Assembly: GCA_951406725.2 (NCBI GenBank)
Contig: OX597817.1
Coordinates: forward strand, 62,434,001-62,498,000
DNA length: 64,000 bases
Reading direction: 5' to 3'
Origin: Octopus vulgaris
Taxonomy: Eukaryota
The notes beneath the pieces were generated by a model. The model ran no database searches. It was not told the DNA's origin and saw only the letters and a program-made list of their open reading frames with translations. Positions within the stretch are counted from its first letter, which is position 1. Each line of letters starts with the position of its first letter. This document shows positions 59,237-64,000 of this stretch, one piece after another. The translations under genes and the position numbers were made by a program.

Positions 59237-59301
<65 letters not shown>

Positions 59302-59342
59302 ATATGTATATATATATGTATATATATATGTATATATATATG

Positions 59343-59492
<150 letters not shown>

Positions 59493-59504
59493 TGTATATA
59501 TATT

Positions 59505-59720
59505 AATAATTAAAAAGTAAAATTTATTAATTGAATTAATTAATTAATCAATTAATCAATAATTATACCAAGTAGATCGGTACGTTAAAACAACCTTTAT
59601 GGTTTAAATTATCCACATGATTATAATTAGGGGTGAGCTAATTGCTTCACCACATACCGAATTTAGATATAGGAGTTAAAATTCCTTTTCTGCTACTATA
59701 AGAATCACCATGACGGTAAT
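59505..59720 (-). mobile_element. TA-flanked element homologous to the tail of the 23003 hairpin
   Basis: Minus-strand TTCGGTATGTGGTGAAGCAATT...TACTTGGT...GATTAATTAATTAATT versus TTCAGTATGCGGCAAAGTAATT...TACTTGGT...GATTAATTAATTAATT at 23203-23325. Confidence 0.6.
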
Positions 59721-59781
59721 ATATATATATATAAGCAAAATAGCTAGTTATTTCAAGAAGAGATTGAGTAGTACCGTAAAC

Positions 59782-59967
59782 AGTAAAGCGAGTAGCCACA
59801 TCAAAGTGGCAGATGAATGTTACTTACTACTAGTTTAACCACAGGTGGATTCTCCGCCAGTTAGTTTTCGGTACAAGTTCTGCACCCTTTAACCCCAAGA
59901 GGATCGGCCTGGGGTTAAACTACTAGTTACATTCATCAGCCACTTTATTGTGGCTACTCGCTTTACT
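59782..59967. repeat. Diverged inverted repeat (~60-bp arms) next to a TA tract
   Basis: AGTAAAGCGAGTAGCCAC... versus ...GTGGCTACTCGCTTTACT. Confidence 0.75.
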
Positions 59968-60657
59968 TTTATCTCTTCTATATTATACACGGGGTCAGTT
60001 AGAAGACACAAGTAGCAAGACACTAGCGATAACGTACGATGCACAGTCTTATTAATTTAGACACAAATCCTACATTTGGTCTACATTTGAACATCCTTCG
60101 AATGTGGTCCATACTCTATAAAATAAATTGCCATTAAACATAATGGAACATTTCTCTCGCGTAATATGCTTTACTCAAATACTTTGCAAGTGGGAAAATT
60201 AATTATTTCCTTTTATTCGCTTTCTTTGTCGTACAACTCCAAATGCAACATCCAAGCTAGTTCCGTTGACATATACTTTTAAAACTGCCGACTTTAATCT
60301 CTTTGAGGTACGGCCTTAAATCCAAACTGATCAAAGCAATCAACAGAAGAACATAATGGAAATATCCAACATTGCTAAGTAACGTTACTCCTACTCGTCT
60401 CAAACGGAACTATAACATTTATGTGCAACACGGCGCATAAATTGCTGTATGCGTTCTCAATAAGCATATTCACAATGAAACGAAAACAGAACCATAATTT
60501 TCATATCAAAGATACAACTTTATTTCTATCTTTTCCTTTCTTTATATATTTTATATATTTCTAAACAGTATTAATAATCCTAATGCAATGTCATTTCATA
60601 CTATTAACCGAAAACATTTCATTAAGTCAATTAATATGACAAATAAGCTTGGCGTGA

Positions 60658-61237
60658 AAGGCGGCGAGCTGGCAGAAACGTTAGCACGTCGGGCGAAATG
60701 CTTAGCGGTATTTCGTCTGCCGTTACATTCTGAGTTCAAATTCCGCCGAGGTCGACTTTACCTTTCATCCTTTCGGGGTCGATAAATTAAGTACCAGTTA
60801 CGCACTGGGGTCGATGTAATCGACTTAATACCTATGTCTGTCCTTGTTTGTCCCCTCTATGTTTAGTCCCCTGTGGATAATAAAGAAATAGGTATTTCCT
60901 CTGCCGCTACGTTCTGAGTTCAAATTCCGCCGAGGTCGAATTTGCCTTTCATCCTTTCGGGGTCGTTTAAATAAGTACCAGTTACTCACTGGCGTCGATA
61001 TAATCGACTTAATCCGTTTGTCTGCCTTTACTGGTCCTCTCTGTGGTTAGCCCCTTGTGGGTAGTAAAGAAATAGGTATTTTGTCTGTCTGCACGTTCTG
61101 AGTTCAAATACTACCGAGTTCGACTTTGACTTTCATCCTTTCGTCATCGATAAATTAAGTACCAGTTGCGTAGAGGGGTCGATCTAATCGATTGTGCCCC
61201 TCCCCAAAAATTTTTAGCCTTATGCCTGGAGTAGAAA
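60658..61237 (+). mobile_element. Trimeric Nin-domain SINE with an imperfect ~15-bp TSD
   Basis: Three units; AAATAAGCTTGGCGTG at 60641 and AAATAAGCAGGCGTG at 61238. Confidence 0.85.
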
Positions 61238-61821
61238 AAATAAGCAGGCGTGGATTTCGGTTCAGGTCTGTAACATGCCCCGGGATTCAGTATGCCAGAG
61301 CTAGACTGATGTTTTCATGACATATAAATGACTGAAATTACAACGCTTCTCCCCTTGGACAGAGCGCCGTTCCATCGTAAGTTTAATTATCCAGATATAT
61401 TTCTAGCGCTCACAGCTGAAAGAGGCCGCATAAACATATCACTCATAATTTGTGCGTTTGTGCGTTCATGTGTCACAGATCTAATGGTTTCTACAATCGG
61501 AAATAAACTGTGAACACACACACACTCAAGCATCTATATATCAATCTATCAATATGTGTGTGTGTGTATATCTGTCTGCCTGTCTGTTTGTCTGTCTGTA
61601 TGCGTATGCTCAAAATTAAAGATGTCAATAAAAACTAAGGAATCAAAGTGAGATCGATGTGTAATTATTAGTTTAATCTTTGGTGAGCGAGATTAAAGAG
61701 AGATTATGCACGAAATGTCGAAGACATATCTACTTTTTAAATATCTCATTAAGTTTTAGACAAAAGATTTACACATTTTTTTCCATGTCTTGTTAGTTAA
61801 TTTTGAAAACACCTATATACC

Positions 61822-61889
<68 letters not shown>

Positions 61890-62089
61890 TATGCATGTAT
61901 GTATGTATGTATGTATGCAAATATGTGTGTACAAATACACAAAAATTCATATGTATTCAAATGCACACTCATACTTACCCACAAACAATCGCACGCGCAC
62001 GCACACACGTACATATTGATACATTTACATATATATATACATATATATGTATATATATATATGTATATATATGTGTGTATATAAATACG

Positions 62090-62120
<31 letters not shown>

Positions 62121-63065
62121 GTATATATATATATACCTATTTGTATACATATATCTGTATATATATATCTACATAAATGTACACATATATATGTATATAT
62201 ATATTTGTGTATACATATATATGTATGTATATATGTATACATAAGTATATATATATATATATATATATATGCATATATGTAATTAAGTATTAGTGTCATA
62301 TCGTCACTATCACAACACTAACTAAAGCTTCTTTATTGTTACAAATCTGACACCAGCATATACTAAAATCTCACAAATAACCATTATACCAATTATCTCC
62401 CGTAATATATTATTCACTGTCTTAATATAAATTCTATGCAAATAAATTTCATATTCTCTTATATCATAGTTATCGATTACTCCATTTCTTTTTTTTTTTA
62501 CTCATTCCTGTCTTCAGTTGTTTGATTTGGTCAGTTTCCAGATTAGGTTCTTGGAACTCCATGTTTTCTTGTATATTACTTGTTAATATTCCCAGAGCTA
62601 ATTCATTACGACTACAAAGTAACATTTTCGTTCAGGAATCGTTTATTTGCTTGTTTGTTTTTTTGTTTTTTCTGTTTTGTATTTTTGTTCTTGTTTTAGT
62701 TATTTATTTTCACCAAATCTACATACATATTCTTGTGAATGGTCAACATGCCAAAACACTATTCGTCCAACAGCGATCAACGCCAAATGATGAAATATTT
62801 TCTCACAAACATCAAGTGATTCCTGTTTGAATAAATTCTGGCGGAAGTATTGTCCTTGCTGCTGGCATCGTCATTGTTGTTGCTGTTGTTGTTGCTGTTA
62901 TTGTTGTTGTTGATGTGGATGTTTTGCCTTTTATTTTTATTTCTATTATTATTATTTCTAAATATAATTTATTTGGTTTGGTAAGTTTTTTCCTATTTAA
63001 TCTATTTCTATTATGCTCCGTCAAATGAAAAATGAGAAAAGAAAAAGAGCAGTATGAGGAATAGT

Positions 63066-63101
<36 letters not shown>

Positions 63102-63406
63102 AAAGAAAACGTGTCATTCCTATTCAAGGAGGAAATGTGACCCGAGAAAACACATTTACATGCAAAAAAACATACAGGAGCATATCTATTTTTATCAATA
63201 TTTAGAAGCAACAGAAGAAATGAAGGGACGTGAGTTTCGTGCGTTAGTACTTATTAAGCGTATGAACACATATATTCAAATTTTGATGCAAACATACACA
63301 CGAACACAATCATTTATATGTTATATTTACAGACAGACAGAAACATAAAATCGAGATATCCGATTTATATTCCTAAATATATTTTGAGTATTGCATACAG
63401 GCAATA

Positions 63407-63482
<76 letters not shown>

Positions 63483-64000
63483 ATGTATGTATATATACCC
63501 AAATGCTAATTTGTTATTTTCATTCTTATGAGCAAGGAATATGTCTTTTCCATGGTGGGTACTTTCTATTCTGGTGGTGTTGACTTCTTTCCTCCTGATA
63601 GAGAAAATCTAAGCCCTACAAGATGAGAAATACTACTCGAACCTACCCGTATTTACAGACTATATCAGATAATTTTACGATACTTAGACGTTTTCATTGA
63701 ACGGGTGTTTAGTTGTGAAATTGGGACCTACGTAGCCTCACGCTTATATAAAAGATTATTGAAATTTGTTTGAAGCATTGTAGTATATGATAAAATCAGA
63801 TAAATACTTCTAAAACCTTTCAATAATCCGAGTGAGAAAGCAATCAAAACATGTAAAGTGTGATCAATGTATTAAACAAATAACGATATTGTATTGCGTG
63901 TTATATTTTGCTTAAATCTGCTCTTCATATAAATGAAGAAAATAACCAGTGTTCAGTGAAGTTGCAGTTATGAGATTACTGGTTGTAGTTTGTTAGCGAT

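Noticed and set aside
59925-59945. Minus-strand CTGATGA as a hammerhead core
   Set aside because: No correctly placed stem II, GAAA or stem III.

Overview
AT-rich, microsatellite-saturated eukaryotic non-genic DNA. The tRNA/Nin-domain SINE families and the (TA)n/(GATA)n/(TAA)n load suggest an octopus (cephalopod) genome; this is an inference from repeat content. No host gene is confidently recognisable, and most listed ORFs are microsatellite translations. Real coding remnants are all from transposable elements: a Neptune-like Penelope-like element (PLE; RT plus GIY-YIG) arranged as a ~6.3-kb head-to-head inverted repeat (4728-10996), a second PLE GIY-YIG fragment, a near-intact 5'-truncated CR1-group LINE, R4/Dong-type RLE fragments in (TAA)n, Helitron helicase and non-autonomous Helitron pieces, and RTE and Tc1/mariner remnants. 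The most notable signal is a recurring architecture of fold-back elements in or beside (TA)n, each with one longer tail arm. Several carry minimal type-I hammerhead-ribozyme-like motifs with non-canonical cores (U3:A8 covariation, U4C), and two fold back exactly at what looks like hammerhead stem III.
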